Under the pieces are notes generated by a model. That model was not told the DNA's origin. It saw nothing but the letters and a program-made list of their open reading frames with translations, and ran no database searches. A DNA stretch of 64,000 nucleotides from the NCBI GenBank assembly GCA_036785375.1, contig JAWMAR010000015.1:1798001-1862000 (forward strand). The letters run 5' to 3'. Origin of the DNA: Leucoraja ocellata. Taxonomy: Eukaryota. The translations under genes were made by a program, and so were the position numbers. Shown here in pieces: positions 23,377 through 37,933 of this stretch (position 1 is its first letter; each line of letters starts with the position of its first letter).

Positions 23377-24159
23377 TCAAGGGCAAACTCTTCTGAACTC
23401 GTGGATTAGGTCGCCACAGTGGACAGCCCCTTTATGCAAATCGGCGAGTGCCTGTATTCAAATAACAGAAGTCATCCACTTTAAAACTGTGGGGGATGCG
23501 ATAACAAATCTGTACAATAAGGCAAGAATACCTGAGCACGTAAATAAGTTTGAAAGACAATTACAACCTCCCCTAAAAGGAAGAGTTGGAACGATGAGGA
23601 GCGCGGGGCTCGAGGGCATTGATTTGTTGCTAACAATTTTTCTGAAACTGTGAAAATGATTATTACCATTGATGTTGTGTCATGCAAATTGAATGGAGTG
23701 TGCACAGCGGGTGCCCTTTGGAAACAATAGTCCTGAATGGCAGAAATAGATTGGGTGAAGCTGGAATGACACAGTTGCTAAGTAGGGGAACAATAGGGGC
23801 TCCCTTTTGGCGAATGTCTTTTTGAGATGTTCATCACTACTCTGCATTTTATCAGAGGTATTTTCCATTTAATTGCTGCAAAGTGTCTGCTTTATACTTG
23901 AATAGATAATTACCACTTTCTGCTCTTGCAAAGTTTCTTTTAATGACTTTTTTTTCAACGTTGTGCACAGCAGCGTTAACACTTAAACTTTTTTACAAAA
24001 ATCCTCCGCGGCAACCATTGACAGTTCTAAAAACTATGGAATGGCAGTTTCAAAATAAGTGTCACAAAATCACCCTTGAAAGAAGCAGCTCGAAACTGGC
24101 AGCAAGTAAGAACTTCATTGTTCCATTTCGGGACCTCTGACAATAAAACACACTTTATT

Positions 24160-25005
24160 TTTAGTTAAGATATGCAGTGCAGAAACAGGCCCTTCGGCCC
24201 ATCGTGTCCGCACCGACCAGCGATCCCCGCACATTAACACTATCCTACACACACCTAGGGGCAATTTACACCTACACTAGGCCAAATAACCTACAAACCT
24301 GTGCGTCTTTGGAGTGTGGGAGGAAACCGAAGATCTCGGAGAAAACACACATGGTCACGGGGAGTACGTACAAACTCCGTACAGTTAGCACCAGTAGACG
24401 GGCTCGAACCCGGGTCTCTATAAGGCGGCAACTCTACTGCTGCGCCACCCATGTCACCATGCTCTTGATGTCACCAATTCTAATTATATGCTGTGATACC
24501 AGAACTGCATTAATACTTCCAAGAAGGGAAAGTCGGGACCCTTCTTCCAGTCCGAAGAAGATTCCCAACCCTAAACTTCAACTATGCATGTTCTCCAGAG
24601 ATGCCTCCTGACCCACTGAGCACTTTGCGTCCATTTAATTGCTTCCAATATGGTTTCACCATTGTCTTACAGCACCAGAGATGCGGGTTCGATCCTGACT
24701 ACGGGTGCTTAACTATACGGAGTTTGTACGTTCTCCCTGTGATCTGCGTGGGTTTTCTCCGGGAGCTCTGGTTTTCCTCCCACACACCGAGTACAGGTTT
24801 GCAGACTATTTGGCTTATATATAACCATATAAACAATTACAGCACGGAAACAGGCCATCTCGACCCTTCTAGTCCATGCCGAACACATATTCTCTAAAAT
24901 TGTAAATTGGTCCTAGTGTGCGTACGATAGTACGAGTGTACGGGGTTCGAAGGGTACTGGTGGGCCGAAGGGCCTGTTTCCGCACTGTATCTCTTACCTA
25001 AACTG
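24160..25005. mobile_element. Two divergently oriented V-SINEs (about 24160-24450 minus, 24660-25005 plus)
   Basis: Shared core and gggccgaagggcctgtttc tail in opposite orientations. Confidence 0.8.
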
Positions 25006-25082
25006 AAAAAGGATACCAAAGATAGACACAAAATGCTGATGTAAGTCAGCGGTTCGGACAATATCTCCGGGGAGAAGGAATG

Positions 25083-25116
25083 GGTGACGTTTCGGGTCGA
25101 GACCCTTCTTCAGACT
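25083..25116 (-). ncRNA. Best-preserved minimal hammerhead ribozyme motif
   Basis: Minus strand AGT-CTGAAGA-A-GGGT-CTCG-ACCC-GAAAC-GTC-ACC: full core, 4-bp stem II, self-complementary ACGT at stem III, GUC cleavage triplet, short stem I (GT/AC). Confidence 0.7.
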
Positions 25117-26561
25117 GATGCCCTCAGTTCAAATGGTGTTGTGCTCTGCACAACTTCTGCATGGCTTCCTTCCATCACTCCACACGATTAACCAACGTGT
25201 AATTTGTTAATTAATTATCTTCAGCCACTGGGCATATCAGGCAGCCACTCTGCAAACCCCCCCCCCCCCCCCCCAACTGCATTGTTTGATGCTCCTGCTT
25301 ATTCATGGAATATGTGTCATTGCTCTTTCCCATCTCTCTCCTGCCACTGCCACATTGTACACTTGCCAGCCTTAATTTTTATTTTCTGATTTTGTCAGGT
25401 TTAATTTCAGATTTGTACTTCCCCTCACTGCCTGGAGCCGTTCTCATGTTTTCCCCTTGCACGGTACTTGCAAAGGTGTCACCAAATTTCTTCGCCACCT
25501 TCTCAGGTTTATTCCGAATCCCATAAATCTTCATCCTAATGCCCGGCTTTTCACATGCAGCTTCATTGAAAGGTTTCAAATTAATGTCACTGGGTTTTCC
25601 ATCGTTTACTCAGAATATCCCTCTTTCGTTGAAAGATGATCAAGAAAGATATTTTTCTCTGACTTCAAGTTGGCTGTTACATTCAAGGCTGTTGTCATGC
25701 ATCAGTGATAATGCTATTAATTCAAAATTTCATCCAGATTTGATTAAGCACTTCTACACACAAAACACTAAAGTCACTGGAAATCTGAAATAAAAACAAG
25801 GAATGTGAGAAATACTCATAGGTCATGTGATAGGAACAGAATTAGGCCTTTCGGCCCATCAAGTCTACTCCGCCATTCAATCATGGCTGATCTATCTCTC
25901 CCTCTTAACCCTATTCTCCTGCCTTCTCCCCATAAATTGTTGACACCATTACTAATCAAGAATCTATCGATCTAACTCTGCTTTAAAATAAATCCATTGA
26001 TGGCCTCCACAGCCTTTTGTGGCAAATAATTCCACAGATTCACCACTTCTGACAAAGAAATTCCTCTTCATCTGCCTAAAGGAATGTCCTTTAATTCTGA
26101 AGCTATGACCTCTGGTCCTAGACTCTCCCACTTGTGGAAACCTGCTGTCCATATCCACTCTATCCAAGCCTTTTGCTATTCAGTAATTCGACTCAAGAGG
26201 TCAGACAGCATAATGAAGCAATATTTTTTTCTTTTGCTGGGTAGAGTTCTCACCCCTTGAGAATGAAAAAAAAATGGCTCATTTTTATGTGAAATTTATT
26301 TTGAACACTTCTGTTCATTTACCTATTCACTAATTTGCCCAGTTCACGGAAGACACACATACCTCCAGATTCAGGAGCAGTTTCTTCCCAGTTGTTATCA
26401 GGCCACTGAACGGTCCTCTCACCAGCTAGAGTGTGGTCCTGACCTTCTATCGACCTCATTGGAGACCTTTGAACCATCTTTAATCGAGGCTTTTATCCGA
26501 CTTCATTGCTATATCTGGCATTAAATGTTGTACCCTTTATCCTTTAACTGTGCACCGCGGA

Positions 26562-27063
26562 TAGAGATGACAACTTTCTCACTCCCAAATAAGGGACAAA
26601 AGGTCAAAATACGGGACAAATACCTGACAGGCAATTCGTTGACCGACTCAGTCGTGACTGGTGAAAGAAGAGTTGGCAGACTGCACACAAAACCCCACTG
26701 GCGGGCAAGCTGAGGCCCGCACGACGTCGCGCGCAAAGTCTGGCACCCTGTCCAACTCATGAACTCGATGATCGGCCAAGAGAATGAGGGGTGGTGGTAT
26801 CGGCGGTAAGCAAAGGTCCGAAGGTCGGACAGCTGGCCGGGCCTGCCGACCGGGGGGCCATGGGCGAGGTGCTGCTGCTGCACTCCATGGGCTGCACTAC
26901 GTTGGGACGGGTGAGGCGGGGCCGGACGTGGCGCCCGACCCGACAGTCCCGTTGACCCGAGTAGTAGCAGTCAAATATGGGACAAGGGCGGTCCCGTATT
27001 GGACAAACCAATTTAGCCCAAATATGGGATGTCCCGGCTACTATGGGACAGTTGGCAATCCTA
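26562..27063. mobile_element. hAT-type MITE (duplicate of 1316-1793)
   Basis: TAGAGATGACAAC / GTTGGCAATCCTA ends; flanks accgcgga / actgtgga. Confidence 0.8.
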
Positions 27064-28854
27064 ACTGTGGACAGCTTGATTATATTCATGTATAGTCTTT
27101 CTTTGACTGGATGGCATGCAAACAAAAACTTTCCATTGTACCTCAGTACACATGACAATAATAAACTGAATTAAACTAAACTGTCTCATCTCTTAGAATG
27201 GAAAGCAGCTTTAAATGAATATAAAATCTCAGTAACTGTTTCATGTTTCCCTCTTTTTCAACTCCACACTTGTGCATGATGCTATGATGATCATTGTTAT
27301 AAAATTGCTCACTGACTATCAACTAAATCTCTCGTTAGTCGCTACTAAATCCAATATAGTCTGCACTCATGTTGATCACAGGATTGAATGCAAACTAAAT
27401 TTACAGCTACCAGACAAGATACATTCTGTTTATGACAATTTATATAAAAGTTAATATCCTCCATTAAAACACACTGATATTACTGCAAGCCTGTCTACCG
27501 CCGCATCTATAACTCCACCACTTCACTACTACTCTATAACTTTACAATTACACAAGTCCCGGTGCTAACTTAACTTCTCCCTAATTCTTTAATTACATCC
27601 CATAAAGTCTTCATTGTGCTCTGGAGACGAGAAAGACGGCAGATGATGGAATTCTGAGCAAAACTCGAAGTGCTGCAGGAATTCAGTGAGTCGGGCAGCA
27701 CCTGTGAAAATGGTCAGACAGCGTTTCAATGGGCACTTCTTCAGACTGAAGAAGGGTCCTGGCCCGAAATGTTGTCTTGTCCATTTCCCTCCACAGGTTC
27801 TGTTTGACCCGCTGAGTTCCTCCAGCACTTGGTGCATTGCCTTTTTGTATTTTTGACATACCCTCCTTTGCTCATTATTGCAGTGATTTCAATGTCATTT
27901 GTTAAGGCATCATAACCCTGCTACAATTTTGTTCCCTTTTCCTGTGGCCCTCACAATCTGGTATATTTATATCGCAGCTCTGTCGGTATTTAGAGGTAAA
28001 GAGTGGAAACAGGCCCTTCACTCCACTGAGTCCAGGCCGACCGCAATCACCCCGCACACTAGCACTATCCTGCACATTAGGGATAATTTACAGAAGCTAC
28101 AAATCTGTGGGGTGTGGGAGCAGAGTACCCGGAGAAAACCCACGCGGTTAGAGGGAGAATATACAAACTCTGTACAGTCAGCTCCCAAGGTCAGGATCGA
28201 ACCCGGGTCTCTGGTGCTGTAAGGCAACAACACTATTGTCGTGCCACCCTGTGGTCTTCAAGCATGTTTTAGTAAAGGCTACCTGGTTAGGCTGTCCAAG
28301 GTGACTGCACTTATATACTCATCATCCTATTGGGGGCCACGCTAACTCCTGTGTCCATCCTCTTGCATGTTTTATTTGAACATTTCTTAATTCCCTTTCG
28401 TGGTTTAACTAGTAACGGTCCTTTCTCCAGTTGTAGTGACTAAATAACCATTTCCGACTAGTAAACTTGATATTTTGCAACCATGGAAGGAAATACCACT
28501 TCACGATCAGATGTGGATCTTGCAATGAACTAATGAGACGTGACTGTCCACAAACCTAATGGCCCCCTTCTTGGCTGCTGACTTATTTTATCATCTGCAC
28601 AGTGGCAAATAATGACTTCTCTTCGGAAAAAGATCGAGTGATTTCATGAGCTAAACATAATGATTAATCAGATATATTTTTCCCCCTCTTTTCACAAAAA
28701 GGATTTTGGAAAACATTTCCAGACAGGGAAATGCAAGAGATTCAAGTCAGACAATAGGGAAACCAGTGGGACAATTAATGTAAGTCTGTTCTTTTTACCC
28801 AGTGATCAGCCATGTCTGACCCTAAATGAGCACTGAAGGGTGTGCAACATGCTA

Positions 28855-29472
28855 TATAGAAACATAGAAAATAGGTGCAGGAGTAGGCCATTCGGCCCTT
28901 CGAGCCTGTACCGCCATTCAATATGATCATGGCTGATCATCCAACTCGGTATCCTGTACCTGCCTTCTCTCCATACCTCCTGATCCCTTTAGCCACAAGG
29001 GCCACATCTAACTCCTTCTTAAATATAGCCAATGAACTGGCCTCAACTACCTTCTGTGGCAGAGAATTCCAGAGATTCACCACTCTCTGTGTGAAAAATG
29101 TTTTTTCTCATCTTAAAGGATTTCCCCCTTATCCTTAAACTGTGACCACTTGTCCTGGACTTCTCCAACATCGGGAACAATCTTCCCGCATCTAGCCTGT
29201 CCAACCCCTTAAGAATTTTGTAAGTTTCTATAAGATCCCCCCTCAATCTTCTAAATTCTAGTGAGTACAAGCTGAGTCTATCCAGTCTTTCTTCATATGA
29301 AAGTCCTGACATCTCAGGAATCAATCTGGTGAACCTTCTCTGTACTCCCTCTATGGCAAGAATGTCTTTCCTCAGATTAGGAGACCAAAACTGCATGCAA
29401 TACTCCAGGTGTGGTCTCACCAAGACCCTGTACAACTGCAGTAGAACCTCCCTGCTCCTATACTCAAATCCT
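28855..29472 (-). mobile_element. CR1/HER1 3' end (duplicate of 3590-4212), frameshifted
   Basis: ORF 29043..29435 carries the same motifs until a small deletion shifts the frame. Confidence 0.9.
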
Positions 29473-32400
29473 ATACAGGTCCAATTGTGTGTCCAAGTGT
29501 TTGTTGGTCAGCATGGACTCGGTGGACCGAAGGTGCCGTGTCCTTGCTCTATGTCTTGGTGGTTCCTTCATTTACACAAGAACTCAGGTCTACCGCCGAT
29601 TTTCCCAACTGGAGGTCGTCACCACCTTTAATCCAGACAAAATTACAAGAGCGCACTTGAAATCCTCCCTGGAATTCCCCCTTGAAAATGTGGTGGCGAG
29701 GCCAGGTAAGGCGGCCGATCTCAACCCCAAGGGGACCTCCGCATCGATGGACGGGTCGGATTTGTCCCCTGTGGCCGGGGCCCTGGAACATCGGCCCGGC
29801 CGTCCCCATAGTCAATATCTGAGACCCTCGGCGGCTCGTTCCAGTACCGTTGGATTCCTCTCGGAGGCCGTGACCTCTGTTGGTCTGGCAAAATGGATAA
29901 TCCAGAAAGGCCCTGGTACCAAGCGTGCGGGAACGTCGGTGGTGGACCCGTGTATATAAATCATCAAAACACACACATGCAATGTCCACACACAACAAAG
30001 CAAAAATTAAGTTTCCAACAAACGCCTCAGCAATGCTTCTCAATGATGTTTCTGCAGTAATTAAATTGAAAATCACTCAACCATATGGTGTATATTTCAC
30101 TGAATAAGATTAGATTGTAAACTTTTCACATCCTTTTTATTATGAGCAGTGCACACTTAATTATATTCTCTTTGGTGAATTCAGCAATGCATTATCCTCA
30201 TGGAAAACATAATATGATATAAACAATGCATTAGGGAGGTTTGACTCTCATATGTATCCTCTCCCTCCACTGAAGTTTCCAACATGTGTTTCAATCCAGT
30301 CAGACTCCAATGCTCTCCTCTGCATTCAGTTCATTCAGATTGCCTTGCAAATCCATTTTACCCAGGTGTACTGCAAGCGCTCCTGATTCCCCAAGTCCTG
30401 GGAAACCGACTGACAGGTTTATTGTCCATGGCCCATTCTTTCACAAACTCCATCTCCAACACAAGAAGAACTAATGGTGTACATGATGGGAGACACAAAA
30501 AGCTGGAGTAACTCAGCGGGTTGGGCAGCATCTCTGGACAACAGGAACAGGTGACGGTTTGGGTCGAGACCCTTCTTCAGTGCTGGTGCTGGTGTACGGT
30601 GACATTTTACATGAAACTCCTCTTAAAACAGTTCAAGCAGTTTTCTACGGTAGACAAAAATGCTGGAGAAACTCAGCGGGTGAGGCAGCATCTATGGAGC
30701 GAAGGAATAGGTGACGTTTCGGGTCGAGACCCTTCGTCAGTCTGATTTTTACTTTTGATTTTTCCAGCATCTGCAGTTCCTTCTTAAACAGCTTTCTACG
30801 ATAATTTCTCCTTACTATCCATCTGTTCCACTGCTGGGAAAGTCACTAGATCCAGCGCTGAATGTCTCTTGTAAATCACTGCTACACCAAAGCATCTCCC
30901 CGAACGACCGATCTTTGTTAGACCTGACATTACCGACACAAGTTGTGAGTACAGGTACTAACAAAACAAGGAAGTGTGGCAATCGTTAGGGGAGGGGATG
31001 TGGCTCATAAGTTCATCGGGGAGGGGGTGTAGCTCCAGGAGTGGCTGAATGACAGGGACCCTTCCCCCTCCATTCCCAAGCATACCTTCCAACAAACGCT
31101 CAATCACTTGAGAACAAGCCTGAAGAGCTTAGTGCCAAGGCTGCTGCTTCAAAGGAGACCAGGGATGGCAGTGTTTCTTTGCTTCACTGAAATATGGTCA
31201 CCTTTGCTAACCTAACCCTGACACACAACCCGCGGGTTTCAACATTTATCGTACAGACTGCAGAGAATCCTCATGCAGGGGGAAAGGCAGTGTGTCTGCT
31301 GTTGTTTCATGACCCACTACTATGATGGCCTCAGCTCAATCCCGCTCCTCTGACCTGCAGTGCTCTGTGTCATGGAGTCAGACAACAACGTCACCAAGAG
31401 AAAAAGAGTTTGGTAGAAAGGAACTGCAGCTGCTGGTTTACACCGAAGATAGACACAAAAAGCTGGAGTAAATCAGCCGGTCAGGCAGCATCTTCTGGAG
31501 ATAAGGAATAGGTGACGTTTCGGATCGAGACCCTTCTTCAGACTGAAGATACGGTCTGAAGAAGGGTCTCGACACGAAACAACATCGGACATGCTGCCTG
31601 ACTTGCTGAGCTGCTTCAGCTTTTTGTGTCTTTCCAAAAGAGCATGGTTATTGACCTGAGGAAGCAAGGGGTGTGGAAGAGGGACAAACACAATCTTGTT
31701 CTCATTAACTAATCTCCTCTTTCACACCCCCTTCCCAAAGGTGCTGCCATGTACTCATGTCCTTAACTCTACCTCATTTTGCTATTCCTTTACTGGACAT
31801 TCCTTTACTAGACATTCCTTTACTAGACTTTATTGTGCAATTACAGGATGCATTACTGTATGTTATTGTTTACTCAGAAAACTTCATGTGAACATGGGAT
31901 TTTATAGCTTCCTGGCGCATAGACAATGTACTAGAACTGCAGATGCTGGTTTACACCAAAGATAGACACAAAAAAGTGGAGTAACTCGGCGGGTCAGGCA
32001 GCCTTCTCTGGTGAAAAGGAATAGGTGGCTTTTCAGGGTCGATACCCTTCTTGTCAGGGGAGAGGGAAAACGAGAGATATGAGCAAATAAATGACAGATA
32101 CGCAAAACGACAGATCAAAGCCAGCAACGATGGCCAAGGAAAGGTGGTGCCCACACTAATCGGAATCTGAACCAGCATTATCCGTCTGCTTCGCAGTTCC
32201 ATTCCCTTTGGTTTTGTCATTGCAGTGTGCCCTTTAGGACACAGTGATCGGCCTCAAAGCACCTGTAGAAGCCCTTGGACATTTTGTCGCTCCCTGCTGG
32301 CCGTTGTCTCTTCTCCATTGTCTTCATACACTTCTTGCTCTGCACGGAGGAAACTCTTGTCACAGAATGAGACCAGCATATTGAACTGCTGCCACTCTGA

Positions 32401-35400
32401 CTATCGATCACAAGAAGGTGATTTACTCTGGTCCATGTGTTGGGAAGGGACATTGAATGCATTCACAAGGCTGTGTTTGCAGACAGATGCTGGCACAAAA
32501 ACCAATATCCCTCAGCACTGTACAGGAAGGCGAGCTGGACGACAGAGTTATAACCAATAACTTAATACATGAAAGATGTCCAAATCTGTAATACGTTACA
32601 AGGTCCTTCGCAGCACACGAACAGATAACAAGGTAAGGAATGAGAAATTGATCAGTGACAGAGGCAGGTTCCAGTAGAAGGCCACAAAGAGGAGAGAACG
32701 AGAGTGTGGAGAGTTAGAGGGGTTAAGGTGCCAATTCTAGAGTTCAGGGCCCATACATCTAAAGGCATCGTGGTTCATTTTAGTTTTAGTTTTAGTTTTG
32801 AGATACAACACAGAAACAGGCCTTTCGGCCCACTGAGTCTGCACCTACCAGCAATCCCTACATATTAACTACCCTACACACACTAGGGACAATTTTACAT
32901 TTACACCAAGGCAATTAACAGAAAAACTTGAACATCTTTGGGGTGTGGGAGGAAACCGAAGATCCCAGAGAAAACACACGCGGGTCACGGGGAGAACGTG
33001 CAAACTCCGTACAGACAGGTACCCCTAGTCAGGATCGAACCTGGGACTCTGGCGCTGTAAGGCAGTCGCTCTACCGCTGCGTCACCGTGCTTCCGTGCTA
33101 ATGTTGCAGCAATAAAAACAGGGACGCACAGACGGCCAGGGTATAACGAAACACATGTTGGTGCAGTATTCAAAGATTGGGATGAGTGAAGTCTGAAGAA
33201 GTTGTCACTGGAGCCTAAAGGGCCTGTCCCACGAGCATGCGACCTGCCGGAAGCGGAGGCCGCGCGGAGGTCAAGTGTGTGACGTGAAGTTCGAGCGAAG
33301 TCCGCGGGAAGTTCACACGTGACGTACGGCGTCAAGACGTGCGTACGGCGTCGAGGCGGTTGCGGGCCGGTAGGCCGTTCCTGCGCGGAATTTTTAACAG
33401 TTTTTCAGAGCCACATGCGATGTCGGGACCAGCTCCGCACAACTCCATACAGCTCCGGCGATCAAAGCGGGACCGGCCCCACGAGACATACGGCTCAAGC
33501 GACCACGTTAGGTCGCGCTTGCCGCATGGAGTCGCATGCTCGTGGGACAGGCCCTTAAGGGGGATAAGCATTTAAAAATTAAGGTTGCCTGAACAATGTG
33601 AATATAGCACCGAGTGGTAAAAGTTCTTTTACAGTAGCAACTTTGTACTTTACATGCGGGAGAGCTGGCAATATGACCACAAAGTTATTTACCCACAAAC
33701 AACATGATTTGATTCCACTGGCAGTGTCAGACCACTGGAAATGCGGATGTTTGGAGTCACTGAGAGATACAGCATTGAAGCATCTTCAACCCAGCCAGTC
33801 TGTGCCAAACACCTAGCAACCATTTTTACATTAAACCTAACTCAAGACATTTTATTCTCCCCCAGTTCCGTCAGCTAGCCCCAGGTACTACCACTCAGCT
33901 GTGCACTGGGGCCACTTACCTTCCCAAAGCACTCACCTTTGATAAGTGGGAGACAAACACAGCACCCAAACAAAATTCAATGTGGTCACAGGGGGAACAT
34001 GCCAGTTCCACATATGACAACACCAGAGGTCAGGATTGAACCTGGGTCGCTGGAGCTGTAAGGCGGCAGCTCTATTCGCTGTGTCTCTGTTCCGCCCCTA
34101 TGTCTTATCCTGTGGTGCGGATCTGAGACAATTTACTGGTTGTCAGGCAGAAACAAGGTGTGGAGTTCTCCATTTGCTGGAATGGTGCTGACAGTGGAGG
34201 ATGACAATGGGTGGCGCAGCGGTACAGTTGCTGCCTTACAGTGCCAGCGACCCCGGTTCAATCCTGACTATGGGTGCTGTCTGTATGGAGTTTGTACATT
34301 ATCCCTGTGATCACGTGGGTTTCCCCTGGGTGCTCTGGTTTCCTCCACACCCCAAACACATACAGGTTTGCAAGTTAATTGGCTATGTTAAAAATTGTAA
34401 AATTGACCTGGTGTGTTGTATTGTGCTAGTGTACGGGATCTGTGCTTCCGCGCTGTATCTCTAAACTAAACTAAATCTGACTCCAGTAAACAGGAGCATT
34501 GTTACATCAATCAGTGCTGAGAACAGTGATAATGAACTTTACTTACTTTGAGGCAAGGACTATCACTACCAGCAAGCAACAGAGAAAGATTCTTACCTGA
34601 AAGGGAAATGAAAAATAATTAAAACACTTACTAAAAGAAAGGCACATAAAACATCATCTATGTAAAAACTGAGCACTTGGATGGTGGACTGCATAAGATC
34701 AATGAAAGACACAAGGTGCTGGAGTAACTCGGTGGGTCAGGCAGTATCTCTGGAGAAAAAGAATAGGTGACGCTTTGGGTCCTTCAGACTGAAAGTGGGG
34801 GGGGGGGTAAAAACTCAAGGCAAGAAAAGACCAGGACTAATCAGGGCCGACAACAGACAATTGGAGACAGGTCGTACCCTGTTAGGTCGGCTCATTGTTG
34901 GCTAGGGAAGGTGTGATCTCAAGAGGGATACAACGTTTGCAACCAGGGTGTAAGATTAGTTTTTGGTTGCGATCGCAATTTTACATCCTTATTTACTGCA
35001 AGGATTCTCCAACTAAATAGGAGCATGTGTCTAGCACATCAGTGGCTAGTCGGCATTCCACTGAACACAGACGTTTATAGCTGTACTGGACTACGGGGAT
35101 GTCCTCGAACCATCTGTGGAATTATTTGCCACAGAAGGCTGTGGAGGCCGAGTCGGTGGATATTTTTAAGGCAGAGATAGATAGATTCTTGATTAGTATG
35201 GGTGTCAGAGGTTATGGGGAGAAGACAGGAGAATGGAGTTAGGAGGGAGAGATAGATCAGCCATGATTGAATGGCAGAGTAGACTTGATGAGCTGAATGG
35301 CCTAATTCTATTCCTATTCCTTATGACATAATACATTTGCAGAGCTGGAATCACCTTTTTGTCAGTAATTCAGGGAAGGATACTGAGGGACAAATATGTG

Positions 35401-37933
35401 GGAAGTTACAGAGATGCAAAAACCATAAAGCGATAATGGTTAACTTCAATTAGAGATGCAGTGTGGAAACAGGCCCTTCGGCCCAAAGAGTCCGTGCCAA
35501 CCAACGATCCCATGCACTAGCACTGTCCGACACACTAGGAATCATTTACAATATTAACTGAAGCCAATTAGCCTGTAAACCTGCACGTCTTTGGGGTACA
35601 GGGAAAACCCACACGATCACGGAGAGAATGTACAAACACCATACAGACAGCATCCATAGTCAGGATTTCTGGCGCTGTACGGCTGCAACTCTACCGCTGC
35701 GCTGCCCTTGCCCATTGATGAAGAGGTAGAGAAACTTCCAAAATATTGTCAGGAGAACTTTCAATGAAGTTACAGGAAAGGAAATAAAATCAAGCATACG
35801 GCAAACACCAAGAGAGCATCAGGCTGGTTATAGAAAGCTCTGAGGGGAAGTAATACAGGAGGTTAAGAGGCTGGCAGGAAATGGATGAAGGAAATGGAAG
35901 AGTGAATCCAAAAATATTTTGCAGGGATGTGAAGAAGAAGAAGGTTCTAAGAAGATAAATGGTCAGAGATCAGATGAGAATCTAGACATTGTGGCAGAGG
36001 GCATGACTAAGCCTTGATTACTATCTTGGGCAGCATAGTGCTGGTGTATGGGGAGATTGCTGGCCGGCTTGGACTTGTTGGGCCGAAGGGCCTGTTTCCG
36101 TGCTTTATCCCTGAATTAAAGATCATAAATAATAGGAACAGAATTAGGCCAATCAGCCCATCACGTCTACTGCGCCATGCAATCATGGCTGATCTATCTC
36201 TCCCTCCTAACCCCATTCTCCTGTCTTCTCCCCATAACCTCTGACACCCGTACTAATCAAAAATCTATCTATCTCTGTCTTAAATATATCCACTGACTTG
36301 GCCTCCGCAGCCTTCTGTGGCAAACAATTCCACAGATTCACCACCCTCTGACTAAAGGAATTCCTCCTCATCTCCTTCCTAAAAGACCATCGACTTCCTA
36401 AACTAACTAAAGTAAACTAGGTTTGACAGCCTTTCACGATGCCAAGAGACAGCATGGGGGTTGAGAGTCAATGCTGGGATCTGGTTGAGCCACCCATTCC
36501 CACTCTATATCACTGTACCACCATCCATGGTGGAGCTGTGTGGGAAAGGCCACATCTAGACAGCCGAGGTACATCCTGGGTGAGTGTGAGGAGGAATTGG
36601 GGTGGGTGTTGTCGTGTGAACGTGCCTGGGTCAACCCTGGCTTGTCCGTGTGGCTTTGACGTAAATTTGACTCGTCAGACCAATTTAGAAGGCACTTAAG
36701 ACCCAACTTTGTCAGGTAGCATTTGGACCGGGTCTATTTCCCGAGAAGGTTTGAGTGAATGGGATGGGTTTTATGACAATCTGGGACTGTCACTGATACC
36801 ACCTCTTTATTTATTTAGGTTCCGATTTATTTAATTAACTGAATTTAAAATTCCCCAGTTGCCACAGTGGGATTTGAACTCATTTCTCCGGATCATTAGT
36901 CCGGGCGAGTGGATTACAAGCCCAGTAACATAATCACTTTTGCAACCGTTCCCAACGGTTTAGCATCTGTTCTGAAAGGCAACACCAGCGATATTGCAAT
37001 GATCCCTCGGTAATGCTTTGGAGTGTCAGTCTAGATTACGTGTTCACATCTCTGGGGTGGGTGGGGCTTGAACCCACGACCTGCTGCTTCAGAAGCAGAA
37101 GTGCTGCAACTGAGCCACGCTCTCTCAGCAGCCAAAACATACTCATCGTGGACACACTACATATTTAGTCCATTCTCCCACCAGTCTTACCGTCTCCAAC
37201 TACATTCTTTCTCTGTCCCGCCCACTCCCCTGACATCAGTCTGAAGAAGGGTCACGACCCAAAACGTCACCCATTCCTTCTCTCCAGAGATGCTGCCCAA
37301 AGATCTTATAGCAGAGCAAGATAGGCTACTCCTGCTAAATGCAATGGGCTGACGTGTAGTACGCTATGGAGGGGATCCTGGGCATTTTTCCACGCCCATT
37401 TTAGCAACCTGAGCCTACCCAAAGATCTTATAGCAGCTCTGCTATAGGATCTTTGATGCTGCCTGTCCCGCTGAGTTACTCCAGCGTTTTGTGTCTACCT
37501 TCGATTGAAACCAGCATCTGCAGTTCATTCCTACACTACATATTTATGGCCCTCTATCAAAATAATTCCAAAGTAAGGAAATAACTATTAACTGATAGAA
37601 CATACATAGAACAGAGAACAGTGCAGTATAGCCCCACAATGTTTGTGCCGAACATGATGCCAATTTAAACTGATCTCATCTGCTTGTACATGATCCATAT
37701 CCTTCTTTTCCTCGTACTTCCATGTGCCTTCTCAAAGTTTCTTAATCACCACTTTTGTTCCTGTCTCCACCTCTGGCAATGTGTTCCAGGCCCTCATCAC
37801 TCTCTGTGCAAAGGTCTTGCCCGCACATCTCCATTAAACTTTCCTCCTCTCACGTTATAGCCATGCCCTCTAGTGTTGGACAATACCACTCTGGGATAAA
37901 GGTTCTGAATGCCTACTCATAGATAATGCCTCT

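Noticed and set aside
23096-23386. 96-aa ORF of mostly X
   Set aside because: Artefact of reading through the N gap.
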